Of a DNA stretch of 64,000 bases, positions 48,801 to 60,270 are shown one piece after another (position 1 is the stretch's first letter; every line of letters begins with the position of its first letter). A program made the position numbers and the translations under genes. Below the pieces are notes generated by a model, which saw only the letters and a program-made list of their open reading frames with translations, had not been told where the DNA came from and searched no databases. Source of the stretch: Malacoraja senta (Eukaryota); NCBI GenBank assembly GCA_038087875.1, contig CM075980.1:124001-188000 (forward strand), written 5' to 3'.

Positions 48801-51800
48801 TTAGGAGTGGAATTAGACCATTCGGCCCATCAAGTCTACTCTGTCATTCTCCTGGGGTAGCCACTGGCAGATTGAGCAAGGAATTCTCAAACTAAGCTTT
48901 AGTTCAAATTAGTATTAATTCTAGTTACTTGAGACTTTCTGAGGTACAATTAATTGCAAATCACATTTGACATAAAAAGCACAAGACTGGTGAACTGGCT
49001 GGCTTCACTTCCATGGGCATTGTAGTGCTGAGTTCCAAATTCAGGGTCTTATGGTTGTTCTTGAGTAATCGCCACCCATGTTCTGTCAGATGGGATTAAC
49101 CCATGGGATGAATGGCCTCTTACCCATGCTGTATGAGTATAATTTTAGTGATTGATGTGGGGAAAACAGTGCCGGAGGAGGAAGTGGAATCGGATATATT
49201 CACAGGTTTAGATGGATGCGGACGGACACAAATGGGCAAAGCATAATGTGCTGAATGGGATTAGTATGTATGGTAAAACAAAAAGGTCAACATGGGGCCG
49301 AAGGGACTGTTTCTTTGTTGTACAACTCTGAAGTGAGACCACTATCAAATTTATGGCCCATAAGGCTTGTGTATAAATCACCAAAATTATATTGATAAAT
49401 GCAAATAAATAATTGGATGGTAAGCTTCCCCGTTGGGACGGGTCAATATCCCTGTGTGTGCGGGCAGCGGCGGAATGAGGATGCACCAGGATATCTGAAC
49501 TCGGGAAGCAGCCTTTGTCTCAAGAGTTTTTTTAAACAGTCGGAGGAGACAACGTGAGTCTGACGGACGGAGTTTACTGAAGGGGGTTAATTAAACTAAC
49601 CCATGAAAATAACCAGTTCCCACAATCAGCCGCTTTGCAGACAAGACCTGAGCGCGGCAGCGGCAGAGATGATGATGATGGTGAGGGGAGAGGATGCGGC
49701 GGGGCCGGTCCGGGGGGAGTGAGGGTCGGGGCCGGTCCGGGGGGAGTGTGGGCCGGGGCCGGGCCTGGGGGGGAGTGAGGGCCGGTCCGGGGGAGTGAGG
49801 GTCGGGGCCGGTCCGGGGGAGTGAGGGTCGGGGCCGGTCCGGGGGGAGTGAGGGTCGGGGCCGGGCCGGGGGGAGTGAGGGTCGGGGTCGGGGCCGGGCC
49901 GGGCCTGGGGGGGAGTGAGGGTCGGGGCCGGGCCTGGGGGGGAGTGTGGGCGGTGGGTGTGGGGCCGGGCCTGGGGGGGAGTGAGGGCGGTGGGTGTGGG
50001 GCCGGGCCGGGCCTGGGGGGGGGGGGGGGGGGTGTGAGGGCCGGGGCCGGGGGGAGTGAGGGTCGGTGCCGAGGCCTGAGGGGGAGTGAGGGCGGCGTGT
50101 GTGGGCCGGGGCTGTGGGAGCGGGGCCTAGGCAGCTCGGAGCCTCAGCAGACGGTGACCACGGGACGGCCTCGCGTCCAGGCCGTGCCCTGCCCCGCCCC
50201 ACCTGGGCCCGCAGCGGCTGCCGGCGGGACGAGGAGCCGCGGGGTGGGAGCGGGACCGGGACCGGCCTGCGGTGCGGGAGTCCGGGGGGAGGATGGAGGA
50301 GTAACGCTCTCCTGGGGCCCGGGGATCTGCAGCCTCTCCCGGGCGCTGGTGGGCCGCGGCCCCGGGTGGGAGGCGCCGTTTCCCGTCCCCGCCCTCGGGT
50401 TGCATCGGCGCCGGGATGAAAGCCGTCCGTCCTGGGGAGCCGCGGCCGGGGCCCCGGTACTTCCCTCGGCAAGCCCGGGAACTCATTGCCGGCACCCCAA
50501 GTCAAGCAGGCCCATCGGCCCAACGTCCAAGTCTGTCCAACCTCTCCCTGTAACTCAGGCCCTCGATTCCTGGAAATAGACAATAGATACAGGAGGAGGC
50601 CATTCGGCCCTTCGAGCCAGCATCACCATTCAATGTGATCATGGCTGATCATCCACAATCAGTACCCCGTTCCTGTCTTCTCTCCATATCCCTTAACTCT
50701 GCTATCCCTAAGAGCTCTATCTAACTCTATCTTTCTCTATCAAGAGAAAGCATCCAGAGAACCAGCCTCCACTGCCCTCTGAGGCAGAGAATTCCACACA
50801 CTCACAACTCTGTGTGAAAAAGTTTTTCCTCATCTCTGTTCTAAATGGCTTACCACTTATTCTTAAACTATGGCCCCTGGTTCTGGACTTGTAAACCTTG
50901 TAAATCATCTCCCCAAAATCACAGGCCTGCACCAGTCACTTTCTCAGTCCCCGACTCATGTCCACTCCTGAATTCTCAATCCTTTAATGTTTCTGCTCTG
51001 TGAGCCGACCCTCTCTCTGACCTGTCTTACGCACCCCACCCATTGCTCATTCTCCAGTCCCCATATCCCCCCCTGTACCAACTACCCCATCTATCCCCAA
51101 AGTGTGGACACAACCCACTCATTCCAGCCTCACCACAGCATACCAGCCATCCAGTCACACTCACCGGGCCTCTTCCATCCTGCTGCCAGGAGGCCATGAA
51201 ATGCAGCCTTGAATGTGGAGCAGCAGAAGCAGAGGGGCCTCCATCATTAACAAGGTCCGTCCTTTTTAACCCATTCATTGAGTATCACATAGCCTTAAGT
51301 CATCTCAAGGCACATTATCTCCTCACAATTATCAGGACTAAATTACATGTTCTATTCCACTGCCTATCTTACCAACTCCCCGATATTGTCCTGTAGTTTA
51401 CGACTATCCCGTTCACTATCAACAACACTGCTTACTAGTCATTGCTCCAATGTTATTCTCCACGTCATTTGTTACTGTATGGAACAAGCAACAAGGTGCT
51501 AGCACCGACCCCTCTGCTACACACCAGGGTTCCAGTAACAAACACATCACCCTCTGCAGTGGACAGGTGCTATAGACCTGCACAGGAAGGTAGACGCTCC
51601 CGCCCCCTCGGGCAGATGGGGCTCGTCAGCCTGGGAAGGTGGTCCATCTAGGAGAGGGAAAACTGATTTAAAACCTCCACTGCCTTGTGGCCATATCCTG
51701 TCATGGAAAAGGCTCCTGGAGTCAGAGCCCCTAAGGTAGTTCGTCGTTGTCTACAACCTCGCTCTGGCAGCTCCTGCGACGGCGCTGGTGCCAAACTAAC

Positions 51801-52340
51801 AGCCCTGCTGTTCCTTTGGATCGATCAGCGACGTGGAGAGGGTGGACGTGCTGCATGGGCAACAGCCTGTCCTCCATATGACATCGCCCAGGCTTGCATC
51901 CGACCACGCATCACCTGCAAACTAGGATGCATCACCCATGGTCAGTCATGTCCGAGGGGGGGGCTACTACCCTCTATCCTTACCCTCATGCCACATTTGG
52001 ATCCAATTTGCCAACTTGCCTTGGATGAATAGACTCTAACATTTTGGACCATGTCAAAGCAAACTGAAGTCCATGTCGACTACATCAATCACACTGCACT
52101 TTATTATCTCTGAAATATTTGATGAGATTGGTCAGGCAAGATCTTCCAACAGCGCCATGCTGACAATCTTTGATTCACTGCTGCTGCTCCACTTGACATT
52201 CGGGCTCTAGGCAAGAGCAATGCTACTGATCCCACTCTCCAATCTGTTACTGTGTTCTGTTCATTACCATTGTTGGCTTTAGTGACACAACATTTGGGGT
52301 CAGTGTGTCTCAGTTTGTAACACTTTGTGTCCTGTGTTAG

Positions 52341-52895
52341 ACAATGAACAGTGGTCGGGCCCCACAGAGTAAATACACACAGCTCCTTGCTATCATTGAA
52401 GAACTGGAGAAAGACATTCGACCATCGTACGCTGGGAATAAAAGTGCAATGGAGCGTCTAAAACGAGGTAATTAACTGCACAACTGAAGGAATCTAAACA
52501 GAGCGCAGGAAATGCTCATTGTTTCAGGCAGTATCTGTGGAAGGAGAAACGGCTGACTGACTGAAATAACCTGTCATGAGAGCTGCTTCCCCGCTTTAGC
52601 CTTACCCATTCAACATTTTCTGATCTTTATGTGTAATCTTTCTGCGAGTTTTGACGAGTTGAATCTTGATGTCACATTAAGAGGTATTGAAGTGAGAACT
52701 GATGTTTCTTTGTCAGTTTTGGAGTAAAAAATGAACGGTGGTTGCTATTCAGTTATTTGTAGCGTGAGTTTATCTTTATGAACAAGACAAGATAGTCTAA
52801 TTATTCTCTCTTTATATTTAGGAATAATGCGTGCACGAGGATTAGTGCAAGAATGCCTTGCTGAAACTGAACGAAATGCAAGATCACAGTTTTAA
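52341..52895 (+). CDS. CDK2AP1: CDK2AP1 last two coding exons, duplicate copy 2 (52341-52467, 52822-52895)
   Basis: Same exons as copy 1, but a T4 run gives ...ARSQF followed by TAA at 52893-52895. Confidence 0.85.
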
Positions 52896-55050
52896 CATGG
52901 TTTGAGATGACAATGAACTGCAGTTTTTTCTGCAAGTGCAATTTTTCTTTGACCACCCTTTTGTTTTCATTTTTGTACTTGAGCCAAACCATGTATGATT
53001 TGTTTCAGGGGAACTCAAAGAATATCGACTGAATACAATTTTACTTCTTTACAACTGACAATACTCTTGGTATAACAAAGGCCCAGGTTATGTAGTTAAG
53101 TGAATTTATAAATAGCCTTTTGGAAAGAATGTGGCTCCTAATTATGTTCACTCTTTAGACTGCACACTAGGGACAATTTACAATTTTTTTTTTAAACTGA
53201 AGCGAATTAACCTAATAGCCTGTACATCTTTGCCGTGTTGGAAGAAACCCACACGGTCATAGAGAGAACGTACAAACTCCGTACAGGCAGCACCCGTAGT
53301 CAGGATGAAACCCGGGTCTCTGGTGTAATGCAGCAACTCTACTGCTGCACCACGTACTGCCTCTTGCCAGACCAGTGTTAGAGTTGTTTTGTCTATTGGA
53401 TGCAGGATACAAGAGAAAAAAAATATTTTGCACATCAGAAGAAACTGGAGGAATAGATCAAGGTTTAATTTCATTGATCTATAGATTTAAGTTTTGCTAT
53501 TGTACAGAAGTTAAACGCTGTCTTTGTATTTTCTTGCTGAAATAAAGCTGATTTTTCATACCTCTCCTTTCTTGGCTCTGGGTTGGTACCAGACCAAGCT
53601 CACATGATCTGGGGAACTGGGTGCCCACTTGAGTGCAGTGTACCGTTCACACTGATCTTTACTTGAGAAAATGACATTACATTGGGTCTGAACTATGGAG
53701 TACCTAATCTATGCAAGAGCTGTCCAAATAGTCTGATTTATGTTCCCTATTGTCACTGAATGCTTTCTTTTAAAATTAATTATGAATTAATAACCACCTT
53801 GCAGATAGCAGACCCTAACTACTGAATGAGAGAAATTCCAGCCTCCCTGGATCTTTGGCTGACGTTTTTGAGCCTGTGATCTCTAAATGGTAGAGGAATT
53901 TAATCGTGACAAGTAAGAAGCAAATAGGGTTAGTTCAGATGCAGTAAATAGGAGGGACTTATTAATGCAAAGATCTAGGCATACAAGTCCATAGTTCCCT
54001 GAAAGTGGCAAGACAGGTCGATAGGGTGGTGGCATAGGGTGGTCCATCAGTCGTGGCATAGAACACAAGAGGGTTTGGATATTATGCTGCTACTTTATAA
54101 ATTGTTAGTTAGACCAAGCTTGGGATATTGTGTGTAGTGTCACCACACTATCATTATGCTGGAGGAAGTGCTGAAAAGATTCACCAGGGTGTTTTCTGGA
54201 CTGGAGGACCTGACATTTAGGAAGACCAGAATAACAGGGTAAGGTGGTTGTGTCCAAGCCCGTGGACAGTAACCACACATCCCAAGGTGCTCTATGTATT
54301 TCTGGGGCAGGTGTCGTCAGAGAGAGAGAGGTCCCCAGTCCAAGCAAAGGAGTAATCAGTGTATGGAACCAGGGGATGTGGGCAAGGTCCTGAATGAATA
54401 CTTGTCAGTATTTACCATGGGGAAGAATGTGGAAGAAGGTGAGTTCAAGGATGGGTAATACGGAGCAGGTCATCATCTGGGAGAGCGGTGATAAATCCCA
54501 CAGATAAAATTGTTGACAATTCATTGTAGCTCACAACAAACACAATGACCGTGCAACAATACTTAGTCGTTGCAATTAGTTCCAAACAACTCAAAGATTC
54601 ACTTTGTAGTTACAAATAAGAATGTCCCTCGCCCTTTTTCAGATAGTGTGATGAAGGCTCTTGTATTTCCGCTGCCACTGCAAGCCCCTGATCAGCTGAC
54701 CATAAAAACGGGGCTCGTGGTTTAAAGTTCAACGGTCTAAATCCAAAACACATTACTTTAAGCCATAATGAAACTGCAGCTCATGCTTTATATATAAAGT
54801 TGACACAAGGAACTACAAATGCTGAGCAAAATCCTTGCTGGAGAAGTGTCCTGACGTGAACTGTGCACGTTCTGAACAGCTGAGTTACTCCAGCGTTTTG
54901 TGATTTTTGTTTTAAATATAAGGTTGTTACAGCAAACCTACCCAACACAAGACAAATATTGACCAGTCAACAGGTGTCATAATGATTGTATATAACTGGA
55001 TAAAGGTACTGATGTTTATAAAGAAATCACTCTTTATTAAGATGCTTTAG

Positions 55051-55681
55051 CTAAGTGGCATCTGGAGATTCTTTTAAAAGGTATTTAAATTGTTTTTTTC
55101 TTTCCAAATTATCTTTTGCTTTCCTTTTTTTTCTCTTGTTTTTTCCACTGTTGTTCTTTTCTTTCCTTCACAACTTCACTGTTTATTCCTTTATAATAGA
55201 CATCTAGTTTTTCTTGCAAAATTGATCTGGCAATTTTTCTGTTCTGATCCACCGACCTGGTTTGATGGCACTGGAGAAAATGAAAAAGGGACATTATCTA
55301 AAGGAGACTTTGTGTTTACTATTTAGAAATATTTAAGTGAAAATAAGTATCATGGTACTTGATTACGAGTTACAATGTGAGCATGTAAAAGTTCTAAAGA
55401 GTTACCTTCACTACAATTCCAGAGGGAACGTGCTTGAGCACAACACAGTTATTGGTCTTGTTGGTTGCCTGACCTCCTGGGCCATGTCCTCGGACAAACT
55501 GTTCAACTAAATCATCTTCAACCACAGCAGGCAGGTCCACAAAGCCCTTTTTCTCGGCAACCAAATACAACATAGTAGGCTTGATATCAAGAAATTCCTT
55601 TGCTGAGTTCCATCGTTGCACAGACAGTGTTGGTGCTCTTCGCAACAACGGCAAGAAACTGGATAGAATGGAGGAAATCAT
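55051..55681 (-). CDS. MTRFR: MTRFR/C12orf65 copy 2; exons 55681-55406 and 55270-55051; 1-bp frameshift in the second coding exon
   Basis: First coding exon is intact (276 nt, [24 protein letters not shown]) with its acceptor 30 nt upstream of the ATG (exon edge 55711). T8 instead of T7 at 55125-55132 shifts the second exon. Combining the intact halves gives a 164-aa ORF. Confidence 0.9.
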
Positions 55682-55765
55682 CGGGTGTGAAGCTTAGTCT
55701 TAGGCAGTATTCTGAAAAACACAAGTTAGTATTATTTAACGTTTGTTATTTATATTAATTTATAT

Positions 55766-58231
55766 TTCAATTTTCCACACATAGACTGGGAAACACATTC
55801 TTTAAATGGGCTGGATGGGTTGGAGTTTGTAAAATGTGTGCAGGATAGTTTTTTGCAGCAATACATAGAAGTACCTACTAGAGAAGGGGCGGTGCTGGAC
55901 CTCCTGTTAGGAAATGAGACGGGTCAGGTGGCAGAGGTATGCGTTGGGGAACAGTTCGGGACCAGTGATCACAATACCATTAGTTTCAATATAATTATGG
56001 AGAGGGTCAGAACTGGACCTAGGGTTGAGATTTTTGATTGGAGAAAGGCTAACTTTGAGGAGATGCGAAAGGATTTAAAAAGGAGTAAATTGGGACAGTT
56101 TTTTATGGGAAAGATGTGGAAGAGAAATGGAGGACATTTAAAGGTGAAATTTTAAGAGTACAGAATCTTTATGTCCCTGTTCGGTTGAAAGGAAATAGTA
56201 AGAATTGGAAAGAGCCATGGTTTTCAAGGGAAATTGGACACTTAGTTCGGAAAAAGAGAGAGATCTACAATAATTATAGGCAGCATGGAGTAAATGAGGT
56301 GCTGGAGGAGTATAAAAAATGTAAAAAGAGTCTTAAGAAAGAAATTAGAAAAGCTAAAAGAAGATATGAGGTTGCTTTGGCAAGTAAGGTGAAAGTAAAT
56401 CCAAAGGGTTTCTATAGCTATATTAATAGCAAAAGAATAACGAGGGATAAAATTGGTCCATTAGAGAGTCAGAGTGGACAGGTATCTGCAGAGCCAAAAG
56501 GGATGGGGGAGATATTGAACAATTTCTTTTCTTCGGTATTCACCAAGGAGAAGGATATTGAATTATGTGAGGTAAGGGAAACAAGTAGAGTAGCTATGGA
56601 AACTATGAGATTCAAAGAAGAGGAAGTACTGACACTTTTGAGAAATATAAAAGTGGATAAGTCTCCAGGTCCGGACAGGATATTCCCTAGGACATTGAGG
56701 GAAGTTAGTGTAGAAATAGCAGGGGCTATGACAGAAATATTTCAAATGTCATTAGAAACGGCAATAGTGCCGGAGGATTGGCGTACTGCGCATGTTGTTC
56801 AATTGTTTAAAAAGGGGTCTAAGAGTAAACCTAGCAATTATAGACCTGTTAGTTTGACGTCAGTGGTGGGCAAATTAATGGAAAGGATACTTAGAGATAA
56901 TATATATAAGCATCTGGATAAACAGGGTCTGATTAGGAACAGTCAACATGGATTTGTGCCTGGAAGGTCATGTTTGACTCATCTTCTTGAATTTTTTGAA
57001 GAGGTTACTCGGGAAATTGATGAGGGTAAAGCCGTGGATGTTGTATATATGGACTTCAGTAAGGCCTTTGACAAGGTTCCTCACGGAAGGTTGGTTAAGA
57101 AGGTTCAATGGTTGGGTATTAATGGTGGAGTAGCAAGATGGATTCAACAGTGGCTGAATTGGAGATGCCAGAGAGTAATGGTGGATGGTTGTTTGTCAGG
57201 TTGGTGGCCAGTGACTAGTGGGGTGCCACAGGGATCTGTGTTGGGTCCACTGTTGTTTGTCATGTACATCCATGATCTGGATGATGGTGTGGTAAATTGG
57301 ATTAGTAAGTATGCAGATGATACTAAGATAGGTGGGGCTGTGGATAATGAAGTAGATTTTCAAAGTCTACAGAGAGATTTATGCCGGTTGGAAGAGTGGG
57401 CTGAAAGATGGCAGATGGAGTTTAATGCTGATAAGTTTGAGGTGCTACATCTTGGCAGGACAAATCAAAATAGGACGTACATGGTAAATGGTAGGGAATT
57501 GAAGAATGCAGGTGCACAGAGGGATCTTGGAATAACTGCACAGTTCCCTGAAAGTGGAATCTCATGTAGATAGGGTGGTAAAGAAAGCTTTTGGTGTGCT
57601 GGCTTTTATAAATCAGAGCATTGAGTATATAAGTTGGGATGTAATGTTAAAATTGTACAAGGCATTGGTGAGGCCAATTCTGGAGTATGGTGTACAATTT
57701 TGGTCACCTAATTATAGGAAGGATGTCAACAAAATAGAGAGAGTACAGAGGAGATTTACTAGAATGTTGCCTGGGTTTCAGCAACTAAGTTACAGAGAAA
57801 GGTTGAACAAGTTAGGGCTTTATTCTTTGGAGCGCAGAAGGTTAAGGGGGGACTTGATAGAGGTCTGTAAAATGACGAGAGGGATAGACAGAGTTGACGT
57901 GGATAAGCTTTTCCCACTGAGAGTAGGGAAGATTCAAACAAGGGGACATGACTTGAGAATTAAGGGACAGAAGTTTAGGGGTAACATGAGGGGGAACTTC
58001 TTTACTCAGAGAGTGGTGGCTGTGTGGAATGAGCTTCCAGTGAAGGTGGTGGAGGCAGGTTCGTTTTTCTCATTTAAAATATATTGGATAGTTATATGGA
58101 CGGGAAAGGAATGGAGGGTTATGGTCTGAGCGCAGGTATATGGGACTAGGGGAGAATACGTGTTCGGCACGGACTAGAAGGGTCGAGATGGCCTGTTTCC
58201 GTGCTGTAATTGTTATATGGTTATATGGTTA
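55766..58231 (+). mobile_element. Same CR1 LINE, copy 2 (485-aa uninterrupted ORF segment)
   Basis: ORF 56116-57573 with RT motifs; frameshift positions partly differ from copy 1. Confidence 0.95.
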
Positions 58232-58796
58232 ATGACTTGGATGTGTATATAGGTGGGACGATGAGTAAACTTAAGAGATCCCACCAAAACGTGGTATGAT
58301 GGATGGTGTAAAAGGTTACCTGAGATTACAATGGAATCTTGATCTATTGGGCCAATGAATATTAAGATGGAGTTTAGTTCAGGTAAATACGAGGTGTGCG
58401 TTTCGGTTGTCAAACTAGAGCAGGACTTACACAGCAAAAGATAGGGCCCAGGGCAGTGTTGTAGAGCACAAACCTAGGAATGCAAGTACACAGTTCCATG
58501 AAAATGTTGACACAGGTAGACAGGGTGGTGAGTGAAGAAGGTGTTTGGCATCGGTCAGGGTGTTGAGTGCAGGAGTGGGCATATCATGTTACAGCTGTAC
58601 CAAACGCTGGTACGACCAGACGTGGGATCGAGGAGCCCCGGTATAACTGATCTCAATGGGCATCCAGGAGACGGCCCTCCAATGGACATAGTTGCACCTC
58701 ATACATGGGGAGGTGGTGGTGGATATCAGGGGACAATCATCCCAGCCCGGGATATCAGTGGTGTCGCACGCCCAATTATCTATTTGCCAATTAAAA

Positions 58797-58926
58797 CTGT
58801 CTGAAGAAGGGTCTCGACCCGAAATGTCACCCATTCCTTCTCTCCGGAGATGCTGCCTGTCCCGCTGAGTTACTCCAGCACTTCGTGTCTATCTTCGGGG
58901 TAAACCAGCACTTGCAGTTCCTTCCC
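58797..58926 (+). mobile_element. Penelope-associated short repeat with a minimal hammerhead ribozyme core
   Basis: CTGAAGA-A-GGGTC-TC-GACCC-GAAA-T-GTC followed by GATGCTGCCTGTCCCGCTGAGTTACTCCAGC. Related copies at about 1041-1077(-), 9836-9870(+), 15381-15473(-), 24070-24168(-), 24682-24750(+), 60587-60690(+), 60896-61022(-) and 61270-61300(-). Confidence 0.7.
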
Positions 58927-59019
58927 ACACACAACTATGCCTTCACGTTTTAGATTCCTGTTTCCTTAGAAATAGACTTGACTATTCACTCATCCATTCA
59001 CAAACCTCAGACTGCTGCA

Positions 59020-60270
59020 CTCCAGTGGCAGCCTGTCCAGAACTCACCCCCCGGCCTGTGTTTACACGGCCTGTAAACTGGGACCAGGCTGGTCGTGGGA
59101 CGGGGATTGCAGCTCTTGCAGTCACATTACCTCATAGTCTGGGGGTAAGACACAGAGACGGCGAAGTGGAGCCGACAGCGGGGGTGAGTGAGGCTGTGTC
59201 CAGCGTCCAGAGCCCAGCGTCCAGCGTCCAGCGCAGTTGGGGCCGGGTGGTCAGTGCGGTCCGCGCCCGGCGCATGCGCGCATCTCCGCGCCCGGCCTGT
59301 GGGGGGCAGTACCGCGCCCGGCCTGTGGGGGGAAGTACAGCGCCCGGCCTGTGGGGGGGCAGTACCGCGCCCGGCCTGCGGGGGCAGTATCGCGCCCGGC
59401 CTGTGCGGGGGGGCAGTACCGCGCCCGGCCTGTGGGGGGCAGTACAGCGCCCGGCCTGTGGGGCAGTACCGCGCCCGGCCTGTGCAGGTGGGGGGGGGGG
59501 GGGCAGTACAGCGCCCGGCCTGTGCGGGGGGGGGGGGGGGCAGTACCGCGCCCAGCCTGTGGGGGCAGGTACCGCGCCCGGCCTGTGGGGGCAGGTACCG
59601 CGCCCGGCCTGTGGGGGCAGTACCGCGCCCGGCCTGTGCGGGGGGGAGGGGGGCAGTACCGCGCCCGGCCTGTGGGGGCAGTACCGCGCCCGGCCTGTGG
59701 GTCAGTACAGCGCCCGGCCTGTGGGGGCAGTACCGCGCCCGGCCTGTGCGGGGGGGAGGGGGGCAGTACCGCGCCCGGCCTGTGGGGCAGTACCGCGCCC
59801 GGCCTGTGGGGGCAGTACCGCGCCCGGCCTGTGGGGGCAGTACCGCGCCCGGCCTGTGCGGGGGGGAGGGGGGCAGTACCGCGCCCGGCCTGTGGGGCAG
59901 TACCGCGCCCGGCCTGTGGGGGCAGTACCGCGCCCGGCCTGTGCAGGTGGGGAGGGGGGGGGGGGGGGGGACAGTACCGCCTGCCCACCGTCTCCTTCAC
60001 TTAGAGACGCCCGGCCCATGACGGCAGCGTCCACACGCAGAGTCCTTGCGCCTCCAGCTCGGCCGGAGCAGGCCTCGGCCCGCGGACACCGGTACCGCCG
60101 GCAGCCGCCACCACTCTATCTCTGCCTCTTCACCCATGGCTGGTCGGGGCAGCCTCTGCAGCAGGTGACTCGGGACCACCATGGATGATTCGGAGCCAAC
60201 TGTCAGCGCAAAAGCTGCAGCTCGCCAAGATGCTGAGGGGAAGGTGGCGGCAACGGCACACAGGTATGGA
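59020..60270. promoter_or_regulatory. CpG island / probable bidirectional promoter of MTRFR and MPHOSPH9, with NRF1-type site GCGCATGCGC (59270-59279)
   Basis: CpG-rich region between divergent genes; minus-strand donor candidates at 59048/59047 and 59131/59130, plus-strand donor GG|GTGAGT at 59183/59184. Confidence 0.65.
59284..59980 (+). repeat. GC-rich minisatellite, ~25-bp unit CAGTACCGCGCCCGGCCTGTGGGGG
   Basis: More than 20 tandem units with variable G-run spacers; explains the repetitive ORFs at 59025-60188. Confidence 0.93.

Larger units (their letters stand above)
22382..58248 (+). repeat. ~17.8 kb direct duplication: 22382-40214 and 40415-58248, separated by the N gap
   Basis: Same ORF track at offset 18032-18034. 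Copy 2 starts at the first base after the gap and copy 1 ends at the last base before it. Confidence 0.98.

Noticed and set aside
40415-58248. Genuine gene duplication creating paralogs of CDK2AP1, MTRFR and a truncated SBNO1
   Set aside because: Breakpoints coincide with the gap and differences are mostly homopolymer indels; treated as a probable artefact pending read data.
59284-59980. CRISPR-like look of the repeated unit
   Set aside because: Eukaryotic locus; the spacers are only variable G runs, not unique sequences; no cas genes.
59025-60188. 387-, 277-, 255- and 249-aa repetitive ORFs
   Set aside because: Translations of the 25-bp VNTR; open in several frames on both strands.
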